DNA of 64,000 nucleotides from Octopus vulgaris (GCA_951406725.2 OX597815.1:119660001-119724000), one strand, 5' to 3'. Counted from the stretch's first letter, positions 1 through 14,376 are shown. Numbers and translations: made by a program. The notes: a model not told the origin generated them from the letters alone.

Positions 1-155
1 TTTTTAACTACAAATTTCAATTACAAGACATTGGTTAACTTGACACCAGCTGACAGTATTCATGCAGTGGGACTGAACCCCTAATTAAATGGTTCTGAAG
101 CAAGCTTCTTAACCACACAACCATACTTGTACCTTGTTTCAGTCATTTGACTGTG

Positions 156-194
<39 letters not shown>

Positions 195-197
<3 letters not shown>

Positions 198-563
198 GCA
201 GGAGTGGCTGTGTGTTAAGTAGCTTGCTTACCAACCACATGGTTCCGGGTTCAGTCCCACTGCGTGGCACCTTGGGCATGTGTCTTCTACTATAGCCTAG
301 CACCGACCAAAGCCTTGTGAGTGGATTTGGTAGACGGAAACTGAAAGAAGCCCGTCGTATATATGTATATGTATGTGTGTGTCTGTGTTTGTCCCCCCAA
401 CATCGCTTGACAACCGATGCTGGTGTGTTAACATTCTTGTAACTTAGTGGTTTGGCAAAAGAGACTGATAGAATAAGTACTAGGCTTACAAAGTATAAGT
501 CGGTGCTCCAGCATGGCCAGTCAAATGACTGAAACAATTAAAAGAGTAAAAAGAGTAAAGAGT
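195..563 (+). mobile_element. tRNA-derived SINE, family A (octopus-type), near full length
   Basis: tRNA-like head (GGAGTGGCTGTGTG...GGGTTCAGTCCC), internal (TA/TG) tract and 3' (AAAGAGT)n tail; many homologous copies in the window. Confidence 0.9.
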
Positions 564-1375
564 ATATATATATGGATAAACAATAAGATACGAAATTTCC
601 TAGTATGTTAAAAAAAAAATCAGAATTGAGGGGTTTTCTTTTTTCAATCTAGCTTTATTAACAGCAATGCAAAAACACTATATCTTTCTAATGTTCTTTT
701 ACTAATTATGGTAGATGCTAGTTGCACATTGTTGAACCTGGAATTAAATGTTAAGTCATAAATATATTGTTTTCCTTAACTGCTGCCAACCACCTTTAAA
801 ATAAGATCAAATTGCTAACTATTGTTTCTTTGCACTGAAACTTCACACGGAATAGTTTTTTTTTGCTGGGCTTGCTTTATTTTTTTTATTCACAAATAGT
901 TTATTTTGTATCTTCCACGATAAAAGATAAATTTGCTCTCGTTTTATAAGCCATTAAATTTATAATGCTTGTGAGACACATCGGCTAAATTGAACAATTT
1001 TCTAATTTCTTACCAAAGTCAACAGGAAAAATAGTCTCAAAAAACATCTTCCGCTCAAATAAATTCATTAATTTGAATGGAGAGACTCAAAGAGACTAAA
1101 ACTGCCAGAGTAGAAATATGAGACAACTTATCATGGCTGGTCTCTTGGAAATTGAAATAGAAAAGAAAGATTACAGCAAATGCTATTAAAGGAATGACAA
1201 TTCTTAACATTATCTACAAGACATCAAATATTGTGGAAGCTTTGGAAGCCGTGTAAGAACCTAAAGCCTTAATTAACCATTCAAGATATATTTTAGTAAT
1301 TTTAAATTCAAATTTCGTTCACTTAGGTAAATATATCCCCTTGCTCTTGTACAATCACAGTAATATAAGGTTTAA

Positions 1376-1589
1376 CCCATTAGTGTTCAGATTACTCTGT
1401 TAAATGTAATCCGTTATCACTCAAATTGTTTTGAATTAATCATGCATTATCTTATAGCTTTGAAGTTTCAATAATGTGATTGTTTATTTTTAGAGTGTAC
1501 ATTAGGTGTGATAGGCTAGATATCGCCAGTTTGAATATAAAACATATAGAATATCTGGGCCAAATATGGCAGGTTTAAACACTAAAGGG
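1376..1589. mobile_element. piggyBac-like MITE, family 1
   Basis: TTAA|CCCATTAG...CTAAAGGG|TTAA termini; homologous to 6201-6402 and, inverted, to 30051-30270. Confidence 0.8.
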
Positions 1590-2659
1590 TTAAGCAAAAA
1601 TCTTTATTTTTAACCTTTTGCCAGTCCTATGTGATAAACAGGACATATTTTTTCCCCTGGTATCCCTGCATCATATATGATACATATTCCCAATTTTTTG
1701 CAACCAACAGAATAACTTGGGTCTTATGAAAAGAAGGCTTTAATTACTCAGAAAGTATGAAACAAAGGCTAAGTAAAAATCTGAAAACAAGCATAAACAT
1801 TTAGGATAAACTTAATGAAAATGCTCTGGACAGGCAAAAGGTGAGACAAAATTTGAGTAGGGAGTTCAGAATGCATCACTTTTATACAAATACCAAAGAG
1901 TGCTGATGCTGAGAATAAATAATACCACTTTTTATTTGGGTCTTTTATAGTATCAACCACAGCAGTAGAAACACTCCCACTTAATACTGACATTCCACCT
2001 TTAAACTTATTTCAGTCTGTAGAATTTCAATGTAGAAGGTAACATCTTTTACTGATTCGAAATCTAATTCTCTATAACAAATTTAATTTGGATTAAATAT
2101 TGTCATTCTTCTTTAACAATCAATAAAAAAAAAAAGGTTTTAAACTTGTTTATTAGTGAAATATTATGTTAGCATCACATCATACTTGCTTCTCAATAAA
2201 CTTCCACACTAAACGATGTTTTACTATTTCAGACTATACAGAACAATGCTTGCAAGAGTCAATGAATGTGAAAGATAGAAAAAACATCTACACCAAAAGC
2301 AAAATAGTCTTAGAAATTTAATAATGAAATCTTTCTGGAGAAACTAAAAAAAAATTATATACTAAATATGTTGACACTAAATTAAAGACTGCATCAAATT
2401 TATCAACAAAACAAGGTGTAAAAGTAAAAATATAAGCTTCATTTGACATCCAGTAGCATTCACTTTGGTAAGAAAGACATCAACAAATATATTGAGAGAG
2501 TACCAATACTATAACAGAAAATATCATTTATTAAACTACAATAAACATTGCTTTTGATTTTAAAATATTTTTCAATATTCGAATATTTTTAGAAACACTT
2601 TATGAATTACACAACAGGATTGGAGATTTGATAGTGACATTAAATAAACTAGTCTAAAT

Positions 2660-3390
2660 AATGACAACGATTCTCTAGTATAGACGCAAAGTCACAAATA
2701 TAGGGAGAGAGGTTACTGTTGCTTTAATTGGCCCCACAAAGATAAAGGCACACTTCAATTTATTTGGTTCAGCACTATATTATGCTCTAATAATAATAAT
2801 CCTTTTAAATATAGGAACAAAGTCTGAAATTTGGGGGAGGGGGATAGTCGATTACATTGACCAAAATGCTAAACTGTACTTAATCCATTGACCCCCGAAG
2901 GGATGAAAGGTAAAGTCAACCTTGGCGGCATTTGAACTCGGGCGAAATGTTGCGGAAGCATTTTGTCTGGCATGCTAACGATTCTTCTTGCACGAAGCCA
3001 ACAATTTTAGAAGGAAGGATTTGTTAATTACGACCACATTGCTCCAGAGATTCTTATTTTGCCAACCCCCAACGAAATTTGAACTCAAAATCTTAGTTGG
3101 GAGAAATGCCGCCTAACCAACAATTGTAATAATGATGAATAATTTCTCGTCTTGGTACAAGGATACAGCTTTTGAATGAGGGAGTGTAATTAATTTAATC
3201 GACCAAAATACATTACTGGTATTTACAATCCCCTGCTGTGTGAGGGAGTGAAATACAAAGTGAATCTCGATGTTGAGGGAGAGGAAAATTGATTAAAACA
3301 GATTTTTGCACTTAATTTTATCGACTCAGGAAGGATGAATGGCGAAGTCGACCCGGGCGGGTTTCGAACTTAGAATATAAGCTATCGATA
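2660..3390 (-). mobile_element. Cluster of decayed SINE family B fragments (Nin-domain-like)
   Basis: Repeated CGAAGGGATGAAAGGTAAAGTCAACCTTGGCGGCATTTGAACTC-like blocks, reverse-complementary to the copy at 19713-19927. Confidence 0.7.
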
Positions 3391-3779
3391 ATGACGTTTC
3401 TGAACGAATTAGAATCCCGCAAATAAAAGAAAAAACATGGAATGAATTCCAATGAATGAAGAAAAGATTAACTCTCGAGAAAATTTTAAAAGACCTATTT
3501 TGTAATTCTCTGGGAAATACCATCAAGTAACGAAAAAGATAACATTAAATTAATAAATAAGAAATTAGGTCTCACTTTTAGAATTATTTTTCCAGATATC
3601 TATTATACATACACCCACACTTGTTTTTAGAATTAATACTTGCTTAAAATAAAAAAACAATAAAAAAGAAAGTTAAGCACCAGCAGAGGCTTTTTCCATT
3701 TTTTAAATATAAAATTATATATAAACTCTTCGAGAATCTTAAAATAGAATATTAATGAAATATATAAAAAAAAGATTTT

Positions 3780-3970
3780 TATCAATTTTTTTAAAGGCAA
3801 ACGTAGAAAGAGACCGAACGAAAGAGTGAATGAAAGAAAAAGGGAGAGTGAACGAAAGAAAGAGAGAGTAAAGCAGGTGACTGAAATTTCTGTCACAATC
3901 ACTGTCAACAACAGTTTTAACCTTGCTGAGAAAAATAAAAGTACAACAAACACACAAACAAACAAAAAGT

Positions 3971-4001
<31 letters not shown>

Positions 4002-4190
4002 GAAAAACTAAAAGAATTGATCAGTAAGCGAGCAACTGCGTTGAACTAAGCAGGAAGAGAAGAGCTGCGTGGAAAATAGGTCACCAGTCTGAAAATTGGT
4101 AGTAGCGCAGAAAGCTGGTTCAATTCTGCTTGTTAAAAGCTGTAGTTTACTGTACAAGGCTGGTTTAGAAATGAAAGGGCGGGAACTAAT
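3780..4190. promoter_or_regulatory. Putative promoter/5'UTR-like segment
   Basis: Non-repetitive, CpG-containing, purine-skewed segment ending in GGGCGGGAA (GC-box/E2F-like, 4177-4185). Function is inferred. Confidence 0.3.
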
Positions 4191-4887
4191 TTTTCATGTT
4201 TTGAAAGGAATATGTGTGTGTGTGTATATATATATACATAAACTACCTTAAGAAAAAAAGGAGTGAGAGGTCAAGACTCATTCATTCAACAACAATGACT
4301 TAATTAAATACTAATCTTCGATTATAAAGACTTGTTGATGCTGGATCACAAATCTCTCTCCACCCCGACCCCACACTTCAAAATGTTTACAGACTATTCC
4401 AGCTTCATTCATTTTTAGTTTTTCTGTGATAAAAATTGCATGATATCGGGAAAATACTTTATTAATATTAATAACAGTAAAATAATCTAAATGGACATAA
4501 TTTTATTTAGAGAAAACTTCCAAAATTATTTCATAAACTTATTTCTCAAAGAAAAAAAAAAAGAAAAACTCAAAACCAGGAATGAGTAAAAGAGAAATGC
4601 CCCAACTTAATTTATACTTAATTACTAACATTTGGTACCGAGAGAAAAGAAAATATATTTATATTGTATAGTCTTGAATGAGAAATAAAATCTAAAAATA
4701 TTATGAATAAAAAAAAAGGGGGGGGGGTACAAAGTAGTCTTGATAAGCTGTGTTGAAAATGAGTCAGTTCTGAACAGGAATACCAGCATTTTAGTTGGTT
4801 TGTACTGTTAAGTTTTGGCCATACTGGAGCATTATATCTAGTTTGCAGTTTTTCCTACTGTTTATGTGTGAGTGTGCACACAGATAG

Positions 4888-4930
<43 letters not shown>

Positions 4931-5085
4931 TATAATATAATGTAATATGTGCATGCATATATACATCATGATGATGATTATATATATATATATATTATAC
5001 ATACATACACACACTTTTATAAATAAATAAATAAATATATATATATATATATATTACACATACATACACACACTTTTATAAATAA

Positions 5086-5127
<42 letters not shown>

Positions 5128-5494
5128 ATACATATACATACTGAAATATAAGTGAATCAGTGAGTTGCTGAAGGCTGTACTACATTGATTGCATAACCTG
5201 TTAAAGATGATTGCTTTGAGATGTGAGAAAGAAACTTCGCTAGACAACATTTAGAACTATCATCATATTCCTGATTTTTCAAATACAAAAGTCAAACAAC
5301 TGGTGCCCCTTAAGGCTAGATAGATAACCCTGAACCTGATCCAGATGACAGTCACTCTACTTGAATACTTGGACAAACAAATTCCATCAACTTATTTTCT
5401 CCCATGATTAGTTATCAGGAATCAAAAATCATTAAACGACCTAAGTCTTAATAGAGAAATCACAATACGCCTTTTTTTTTAAAAATGGTAGGTA

Positions 5495-5785
5495 ACCATG
5501 TGATTTAGGGTTCAGTCCCACTGTGTGGCACATCGGGCCGATTAATGCCTTGAGTGAATTGTGTACAAAGAAACTGTGTGGAAGCCTACAATGTGTGTGT
5601 TTGTGTTTGTTCCCCCACCCTGCCAGTATTAGTTTATGTCCCCCCATAACTTAGTAGTTCAGCAAAAGAGCTCAATAGAACAAGTACCAAACTGAAAAAA
5701 AATAAGAACTGAAGTTGATTTGGTTGACCAAAGTCTTCAAGGTGGTGCCACAGCATGTCTATAGTTCAATATGGAACAAAAGATA
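5495..5785 (+). mobile_element. Decayed SINE family A copy
   Basis: GGGTTCAGTCCCACTGTGTGGCAC head and GGTGGTGCCACAGCATG tail motifs. Confidence 0.75.
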
Positions 5786-6117
5786 AAATATACCATTGAT
5801 AATGTGGTAAATGTGCAGAAATGATAGAACAATGACCATAGACAACATCATACTTAGTATTAGTTAACGCTTTCTGTGTTCTCTGGGTTCAAATACAACT
5901 GATGCTAACCTTGCCTTTTATCTACTTGGGCTTCATAAAGATTTACCAGTTCAATACCGAGATCAATATTCTTTTCTACTCTAAGCACAAGGCCTGAAAT
6001 TTGGGGGGAGGCGGCCAGTCAATTAGATTGACCCCAGTACACAACTGGCGGAATTTGAACTCAAAACGTAAAAACAAACAAAATACTGCTCGCTGCTGCC
6101 TTTCAATTCTTCAATAT

Positions 6118-6604
6118 TACCATATTTGATGGCATAAAAGAAACAACCCAATTTCAATAGCTGTTCATTTTCAGGAAAAACAAAGATTTTAGTGCATTAA
6201 CCCTTTAGCATTCAGATTAATCTATCAAATATAATGCCAATTTATTCATATTGTTTTGAATTAATCATGCATTATCTTGTAGCTTTGAGATTTCAATGAT
6301 GTAATTGCTTATTTTTATGATGACATTGAAGGTAGGCGTGAAAGGTTGAAGATGGTCAGTTGGAACATAAAACAATATTTTGGCCAGATATGACCAGTTT
6401 AAAGTTATGTTTGGTTATGTCACTATTGTTACCAGAATTTATCTTAGTTTAATTACTGGTTATTATTTATGCAAATTAAACTAACTAAAGTGTCATAGCA
6501 TGTAATATAAGCTCAAACTTTACTTGTAGGACCTGAGGCAATTTTTTTGAGGTTTATTTTTTTTTTTCTTTTGGAACGTGTCTTATAAGCCATCAAAAAT
6601 GGTA
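6118..6604. mobile_element. Tc1/pogo-like MITE with a nested TTAA MITE (6201-6402)
   Basis: Inverted termini TACCATATTTGATGGC...GCCATCAAAAATGGTA; homologous to 48609-48812. Confidence 0.65.
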
Positions 6605-8929
6605 ACTCTGTAAGAAAGGTCCACTGATAGTGTCTGATTTTCCATTTCTAGAGAACAGTTAAGCAAGGAAGTAGCAATATCTTCTCAGAAAAACTGCTAA
6701 CCTATAGGGACCACATAAGGATGAGCCAATGTACAATGCAGCAAGAACCTTATAGATAGAATATATTTTCCTAAACGAAATTCCAGCAAATTATTACTGA
6801 GTTGAAACAATATCAGTTACAAAAATATTTCTTGGAATTGATATAGAAATAGAAAGTAAAAGTTAAAATTATGTAATTTTTAATTGAAGTGATAATATCA
6901 ATTAAAAATTCTATAATTAATCTCAAGTTTTATTTTAGCTTACTTGATTATTATTTTTTGGCATCAATTGAAAACAAACGGCGAGATGTTATTAAGCACC
7001 ATCAATCTGAAGTTAAACAAAATCCGTGCTAGTTAAGTAAAATAATGAAATGTCATTTAAAGTACAGACTAATTGGCATCGTTTAACGATGTAATAGACA
7101 ATGAAATCTTCAGAAATAAACTAGACAAATAAGATGAACACAAATTATTGAACATATTTGATTAGATTTGTTGACTTAACTAAAATTGTTCAGTGTGAAA
7201 TATATTGCGCTATTCATTCTCACATGAAAACTAGTAAAAATTTCTATTGCCTGTAGATTAAAAAAATATATTAATTGAAAATGTGGATTTTAAAGTTATG
7301 TTTATAGCACTGTTGCTACCAGAATTTGTCTGAGTTAATTCAATTATTGGTTATTATTTATGCAAATTAAACTAACTGATTTACTGAAGTTACAATATTT
7401 AGTAGTTATAAATAGTTACAAGATATATATCTAAGTGGACAGACAAAAGTATATGTATTGTCTATGAAGAGATCTGAACAAAGACTGATATCCAGTGAGA
7501 CCATTGCCCAAGTGTATGCAGTTATATATCAAAATGATGGCTAAAACTTTAAATTGTTTATAATTATATACCTTAATGTACATGTTAAATTATGAAATAC
7601 AGTTTGGTGCCATCAATAATTTTATAAATGACAATGTAACCAGCAAAACAAAAACTATGCAAATTGGACTAAACAATTTAGAGAAACCCTGATATTTAAT
7701 AGCTATAAGGATGGTGTGTGATCTTCAAAAAGACCCAAACTAGGGCATAAACCAGATCAAGCTAATTATCCGTTTGCTATCAACAGAGACAAAAAAAATG
7801 ACATTTGTTTCCATTAGCCCAAGTACATTCAGTTATTTGTCACAATAATAGGTAAAATACTCATATTGCTTATCAAAGTATATCTTAGTGCATAATTCAA
7901 AATATCACAACACACTATTTAGAATATCAATAATTAAATGATTGACTACATAACCAGTGAAAACACTATTTGTGCAAATCAGATGAACCAGTTCAGTGAA
8001 GTCAGAATATTTAGTGACTATAAATAACAGTAAACATATTTCTATAGACAAAGGAAGACGTATAATTTCTGAAAATATCCCAAGGATTGAAATTAGATTA
8101 GGCCAACTTTTTTTTCTGTCCACAGAGATAAAAATAAAGACATTAGCATGCATTAACTGAGGGGTGCTCAAATAGGTTTAAGAACAAGTTTTAAAAATCT
8201 GTACTATTTGTAAAGGCATTCCTTAAAATATATTTCCTATCTGTAGTTTTCATAACAAGGAGCCAACAGTGAGAAATTTTACATATAAATTGTTTTGTAA
8301 TGTATATATATATACACATTGCTTTGTAGTCTATGTATAAACTGCTTTGCAAATTGTTTTATATTTAAAATGGCCAAGGATTGTATCCGCAAAACTGTTT
8401 TCCAAAACAGGTTAAGAGGTATGCTTTGCAATCATATGAATCTGGATTCTATCCCTCTGCACAACACTGTAGGAAAGAGTCTTCTGCTGTAGTCTTGAGT
8501 TAATTTATATGCACAAAAAATCATTCTTACTGAATTTCATGGCTCAACAGTCAAATGAAAACAAATACAGATGAAATATGTCCTTACATTCTGCTAAAAA
8601 TCCCGATTCATCATGATGCACATCTATATCAATGTAAATGTAAATTTAATCCTTTGTGATTAACAAAAATCCATGGGGACAATCTTCAACTTTATTTGGC
8701 TAAGCATTAAAATGAAAGATAAATTTCTTGCTGGTTAAGATGAAAGTCTATCAAAGTCAGTCTATTTTTCTATGGAAGAAATTCAGAAACTCAGTACTGC
8801 AAACAAATGTAACATTTGCTGTACCCACTGAGAATGCGAGAGACAGGATATAAAGCAACAAACTTTTACATTATTAGGCATCATACAAGCTCAATCATTG
8901 ATGGCTCTTTAATTTTTATTGCACCAAGA

Positions 8930-9140
8930 CACCTCTTGACACCGACTCACCTGAAACTATTCCTCATTCTAAAATACAAACTTCCTGCTTTAAAGTGATT
9001 TAAATTAAAACCTATCAAAATTTCAAATTGCTCTAAACAGAGGCCTTTACGACAAAGTTATTTTACTAAATTCATTATTTTCAAAATTAACTAAAACAAA
9101 GGAAGCATATTTCAACAAAAATATGTAAACAAAATGGTTA
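8930..9140. mobile_element. piggyBac-like MITE family 2, decayed
   Basis: Homologous to 20926-21132, 22000-22215, 22942-23163 (inverted) and 29900-30335 (inverted). Confidence 0.7.
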
Positions 9141-9640
9141 AATAAGTAATAATTTTTTCCCCATATTTTCTCATGAAGCAGTTCACAATAGCTCAAGTGC
9201 ATAGGGTAATAGACACAATGGATATAAAGTTTGTCAAATAAGACCAAATCTTATGACCAACACAATACATGGCTTTGCATGCTTCACTTCACATGACTGA
9301 TGAGGCTAAGTGGTAAAGTACTGACTGATATATACAAAAAATCTCTCCATTAAGTGTAAATTTCCATCCATGTTGAGAAAAGAAACAAAAGCCTAGTGGG
9401 AATAATACCACTCAAAGGAACGGGAAAATAACTTCAAGAAATTAAGTTATTAATTTCACAAAAACTTTTTAAGGGAGAAAAAAATCTGATATATGTTGGT
9501 ATAACAAGCCAACAGCTAGAGACAGTTAATCAGTAGGGTGGGCTTGCTTAATCAGTCAACTTATAGAAAAAGTAATGAAAATTTAAATAATCTAAAAGAA
9601 AAAAAAAAGCAAGTTAAAGGAAATAACAAGTAGACCAATA

Positions 9641-9690
9641 GCCTACCTGTTAAAGAGAAATACAGGTAAGTTAAACAGAAAGACATACAT
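9641..9690 (-). other. Candidate juxtaposed 3'ss/5'ss (recursive splice site)
   Basis: Minus strand reads tctgtttaacttacctgtatttctctttaaCAG|GTAGGC; junction at 9647/9646. Confidence 0.3.
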
Positions 9691-11559
9691 GAAAATATTC
9701 TCCAATTTTTGAAACTTTTCCCAGTCTAATACAATCAAAGCATGTCTACAATTGTTACACTGCCTAACAGACATGAATGTAATTTTCCTTTGAGAGTCAT
9801 CAACAATTGCCACTAGGTTTTTGTTTGCTTTCTTCAACTTAGAAGAGAGACCTCAACTAACTTAGAAATCTTTGGTGTATGTCATTCAGTATGTCAGCCC
9901 TTAATTATCTTCATCAGAAGTTCTCAACTGGGATCCCTATAAGATTTTGCTGAAATTTATGTGCAATGAACTGGTTATACTACAATAAACAAGATATTTT
10001 AATAATTTTTTATATAATTCCTAGCAATATTTTAATACTAAAAATATAATGGGATTTTTTTAACATAAAATATCTATGGAGGTCCGTCCATCCATGTAAA
10101 ACAGAAATCAAAGGGGTCCAGGCAAAAAAATGGTTGAGAACTACTGATCATGTCGTTGGCTCACTTGAGTTATTTCTCTTTGCTCATTATCTTTTTTTTT
10201 TCCCCCCTTTAACAAAAACAACTCCTAGTTTTAGTGATAAAGATATCTAGCCATACAAGCAAAAAATCATTATATTCACAAAAAAAATCAATTTAAACAC
10301 TGAAGGAAATTGAGAGAGAATGAAAAAAAAATTCATCTCAAACCTTTATAAATTGTCTCTTAAGTCAGTCTGCAAAACTTCATGTTGCCATTTTGAGTTG
10401 GAGACTTAATCTGCCAAAATCTTGAACAATTATTTACTCCTTCCTACAAGGAGTCATTTTGGTGTTCTGCTTTACATGAAAGATATATTAAATGATTATT
10501 TCAAATTCTCTGAGCAACCATTTCGACTGCTGCTTCATTATTTGCTATATTCTAAATATGAAAATGCTTAATAATGAGTTCAGATTCAGAAAGATTCCCA
10601 ACTGAAAACCAAATGTAGAAGAACTGAATGCTTATCCATCACATAAGCATTTACAACAGATTCTCCACAAGTCAAAATGTTCACATCATTAACAATTCTT
10701 TGTTAGCTCTTTCTCATCAATGTTATATTTCTAACAGAGATCATCTCTACACACACTAAGTAGTACTCACCCCTTACGAAATCAAACCACACATTCCAAA
10801 ATGTATCGAGATATTGATTTTATAAATGAACAACATATCTATAATCTTTTACAACACCAACAAAAGAACAATTATTTTACCATCTGAATGAATCAGTGTA
10901 CAAGTAAAACTTGGTAAATTAAAAATTAATTGTTAAAAATGTAAAAGGATGGGATCACTGAAGAACTAACCAATGACAAGAATGACGATGGCAATATTAA
11001 AGTGTATCCAAACAAATGCCAACATAAATTGATAGGCAAAATTTTAAAAAAAAAGGAAAAATAGGGGGTTAAATGATGGGTGTGTTGATAGGAGATAATT
11101 TATTAAAGGCGGGAATATATTTCAAGTCATGGCTTCATTGATTAATAATTTGAATTAACAGACTTTAAAATAGATTTAGAAACTAGGAGGTAAAGGAAAT
11201 TGAAATTCTGGGGTTTATAAGTTTCCACATTTTAAAATAACCGCTAAAAATTGTAGATTAAAAAAAAGACACATGGGAAAGTTAGAAGACATTTGAAGGC
11301 GGTCTTTTATAATTCTAGATTTTATGTAAAGTTGTTCAGAAAATTCTTACTATATATCTATGTTACAGAGTAAAAAGTAGCTATCAGCTGACTAAATAAT
11401 TTATTCAAGAATTGGTAACTCAAATATGAAGCACAATGTAAAAGAATAAACAAAGAATTTTATATTCTTATCCAAAAAGTTTAAACAATTTATCATCAAA
11501 CTTTATAGATTAAGAGATTCAGTTTAAAACTTTGCACTTTTGTTCAAAAGTTTCCAAAC

Positions 11560-12010
11560 AATTTAAGAAGAGAGAAAAGAGGAAGACAACAATAACTCAA
11601 TTATCACCACCACAACCATCACTAGTACTAATACTTCTACTTTATCAAACTCAACTGGTCTTATATTTCGCGAATCGATTTCTGGAGGTGGGGGAAGAAG
11701 ATGAAGAAGAAGCAATGAGTTGCGGGAGGAGAAAAGAAGACCGGGAAATGAAGACAGATGTATGACGCCAAAGAAATGAGAGAACGGAGGAAAGACAGAG
11801 GAAGGAAATAGACTGCCAAGATTCCTTACATACACACAAATACACACACACGCGGATAGAGAGAGAGAAGGAAGGAACACACATACACATACAGACATCA
11901 GAGAAGAGCTTGCTTATTAGATTGAATTTCTTTAAGGAAGTTTTAACACACACAATCGAGAAGGCGGGAATACAAAAATCTTAAACAAACGCAGCACTTT
12001 TCGGTGACGT
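11560..12010. promoter_or_regulatory. Putative promoter/5'UTR-like segment
   Basis: CpG-containing unique sequence with TTCGCGAATCGAT and AAGGCGGGAA (11961-11970). Confidence 0.3.
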
Positions 12011-13805
12011 CCAACAATTTTAGATAAAAAAAAACCTGTCATTACAGAAACAATAGCACCAAATGAAAAACCCAACAGTACTTTGGTTGCCTTTATTTTA
12101 ATTATATATTATTAACAAAGGAATTCTATGAAAATGAATAAATCATTCTTTGCTCATATTATATATTGTAATACTATGAAATTCTCAAGAATTTTAATAT
12201 GTCCTGAAATCTTTTTAATCTTCAAAGTTCACTTAAACTATTTTGAAGTTATGAACATGATGCCACCCTCGATTTTTGTTGTTGTTTTTTGGGGGCAGTG
12301 GATAGTTTTTTGGGGTTATTTGCGAATACTATTTAAACTAAACCATCATCGGGTTATAAATATAACAATAAAGACAATACACATAGAACTTGGTAAATTG
12401 GTGGTATGAAGAATTTGAATTAGGGTTTTTCACTTCTACTATGTTTTCCTATACGTGGTGGGTAAGATGATGAAACTACTTAATAAAATAATTATATATT
12501 GGCATTTAAGAATTGAAAATAAACAAGATAGGGGAGGGGGTATTTCAACAACACAATTACAGACAAAGAATGAAGCATGTCATTTGGGATATACAGATGT
12601 AAGGAGGGAATCAAAATTTGAAAGTTTAATTAACATGGGGCTTTGTTTAAACATGTAAATATTAAGCAATAAATATGTATAGACACATAAATATCTAAAT
12701 ATAATCCTATCTATAAAACGAAACAATGATGCTATATACAAGGGGTGGATAGCTAGTTTTGTCTAGTAGACAACAAGGGGATTCGCGCACACTATCGAAA
12801 TCGAACTCACTACATCAGTAATTCAAGCAAAAACATCAAGGTATTTAAAGGGAAGAGTTGTCAGATATAGGTAGGAATTGTGTTGATTGATTCAAGGTTC
12901 TTGTCTGACACAGGTGGGTATTTTTAAACTGACATGTAGGTGTGGGTTTAAAACACAAAAGAAACAGAAAATACGAATGAATAGACAATCTTTCTGAAAA
13001 ATTAAAATAGTTATAGATTTTAAAAAAAACCCAACAAAGTTGAAATATTAACAAGGAAATTTGACAAATTAACAACTTTAAAAAACAAATATCAACATCG
13101 TTTTTGAATATATATGTTTCTATAAGAGTGTGTGTGTGTGTGTTTGAGTGTCTGCGTAGACGTGAGTAAAAAACCGGCTTCAGAGGAGATGAATTGAAAG
13201 TATATGAAAATAATACAAGATTTGTTAAAATAGTAAAATAAATGAAAAAAATCAACACAAGTTAAGGATTAAATGACATAAATATTTGTCTCGTGGTAGT
13301 TTTCGTCGTTTAAATATGATTTCAACATCGTATAGACAGATGGTTCATTCATAACAATCTCCAGAGTAGTTAATTTATCATCAAACAGACGTAAATACAT
13401 CGAGGGAATTGGCTTCGAAACATGAGAAGGTTTAAAGTTTGACAAATATATATATATACACAAATATATATATATATACAACATTAAAAAAAACTTTGTC
13501 AGTATTAAAATATTGTAAACTTTACGATTCGAAGTTTTTAGCAATCGTATATTTAATTTGTTTCTTAACTTGTGCTAGTCACTTAAAGGGGTTGATGTAC
13601 AATAAAAGACTTAGTGTGGATGGATAGTTGAACGTGTGTTGTCGCTTAACGAAAACAAGATAGATGTTATTATTATATATATAGGAAACAATAAGAATAT
13701 TTTATATTCTACGTAACGTACATTTATATATATATATATATAAAAAAATATATATATATATACATACATACACACACACACACATTTATATATATGTAAA
13801 CTTAC

Positions 13806-14220
13806 CGATCCAAGAGGCTTCTGCTAGATATTTTATCGGTGACAAGGAAAAATTAAAAATATATTTATACATGTATGTATATATTTACACATACATACAC
13901 ACATATATATATGTCCAGGTTTGTGTATATAAATATAGATAAATATATATACTATATTGTTTTCATGTGTATGTATATACGTATATAACTCACTACAGGA
14001 ACCAAGACGGATTACACACTGTTATACATACTGACGTTAAGAATGTATACATGTGACAGGAGTAAAACTGTATATTTACAGACATACACAGAAGCGCGCG
14101 TGCGCAGATGTATACAGCGATACATGTGTGTGCGTGTGTGCCGGGTTGTTATGGAAAGCGGTGTGTTAGTAGCCAAGGCATAACCACGATTCTGATGTGA
14201 CCTTCAGTTCATCGCAGCGC
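13806..14220 (-). promoter_or_regulatory. Candidate non-coding first exon plus proximal promoter
   Basis: Minus-strand donor TCG|GTAAGT at 13806/13805, Inr-like TCAGT near 14030, NRF1-like GCGCGCGTGCGCA at 14094-14106, local CpG enrichment. Confidence 0.35.
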
Positions 14221-14277
14221 ACATACACTTGCTCATATATACACACATATACATACATAATCTCATATATATATATT

Positions 14278-14311
<34 letters not shown>

Positions 14312-14331
14312 TATATAGTTATATACAGAGC

Positions 14332-14376
<45 letters not shown>

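Noticed and set aside
139-537. Recurring ORFs such as FVSLVLILSVSFA... and YIYIYI/THTHTH ORFs throughout
   Set aside because: These are translations of SINE copies and microsatellites, not genes.
1769-1993. 74-aa minus-strand ORF as a host exon
   Set aside because: No recognisable domain and only weak splice signals.
3670-3700. Minus-strand AAAAATGGAAAAAGCCTCTGCTG|GTGCTT as a first coding exon
   Set aside because: The donor is weak and an in-frame stop follows immediately; unsupported without transcripts.
8951-8968. Apparent 18-nt microexon on the minus strand (ttttag|AATGAGGAATAGTTTCAG|gtgagt)
   Set aside because: It lies within a decayed MITE family 2 copy; the splice-like signals are probably chance divergence from the consensus.
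12054-12075. miR-29-like TAGCACCAAATGAAA
   Set aside because: Only partial identity to the mature miRNA and no pre-miRNA-length hairpin; a by-eye scan found no conserved bilaterian miRNA in the window.
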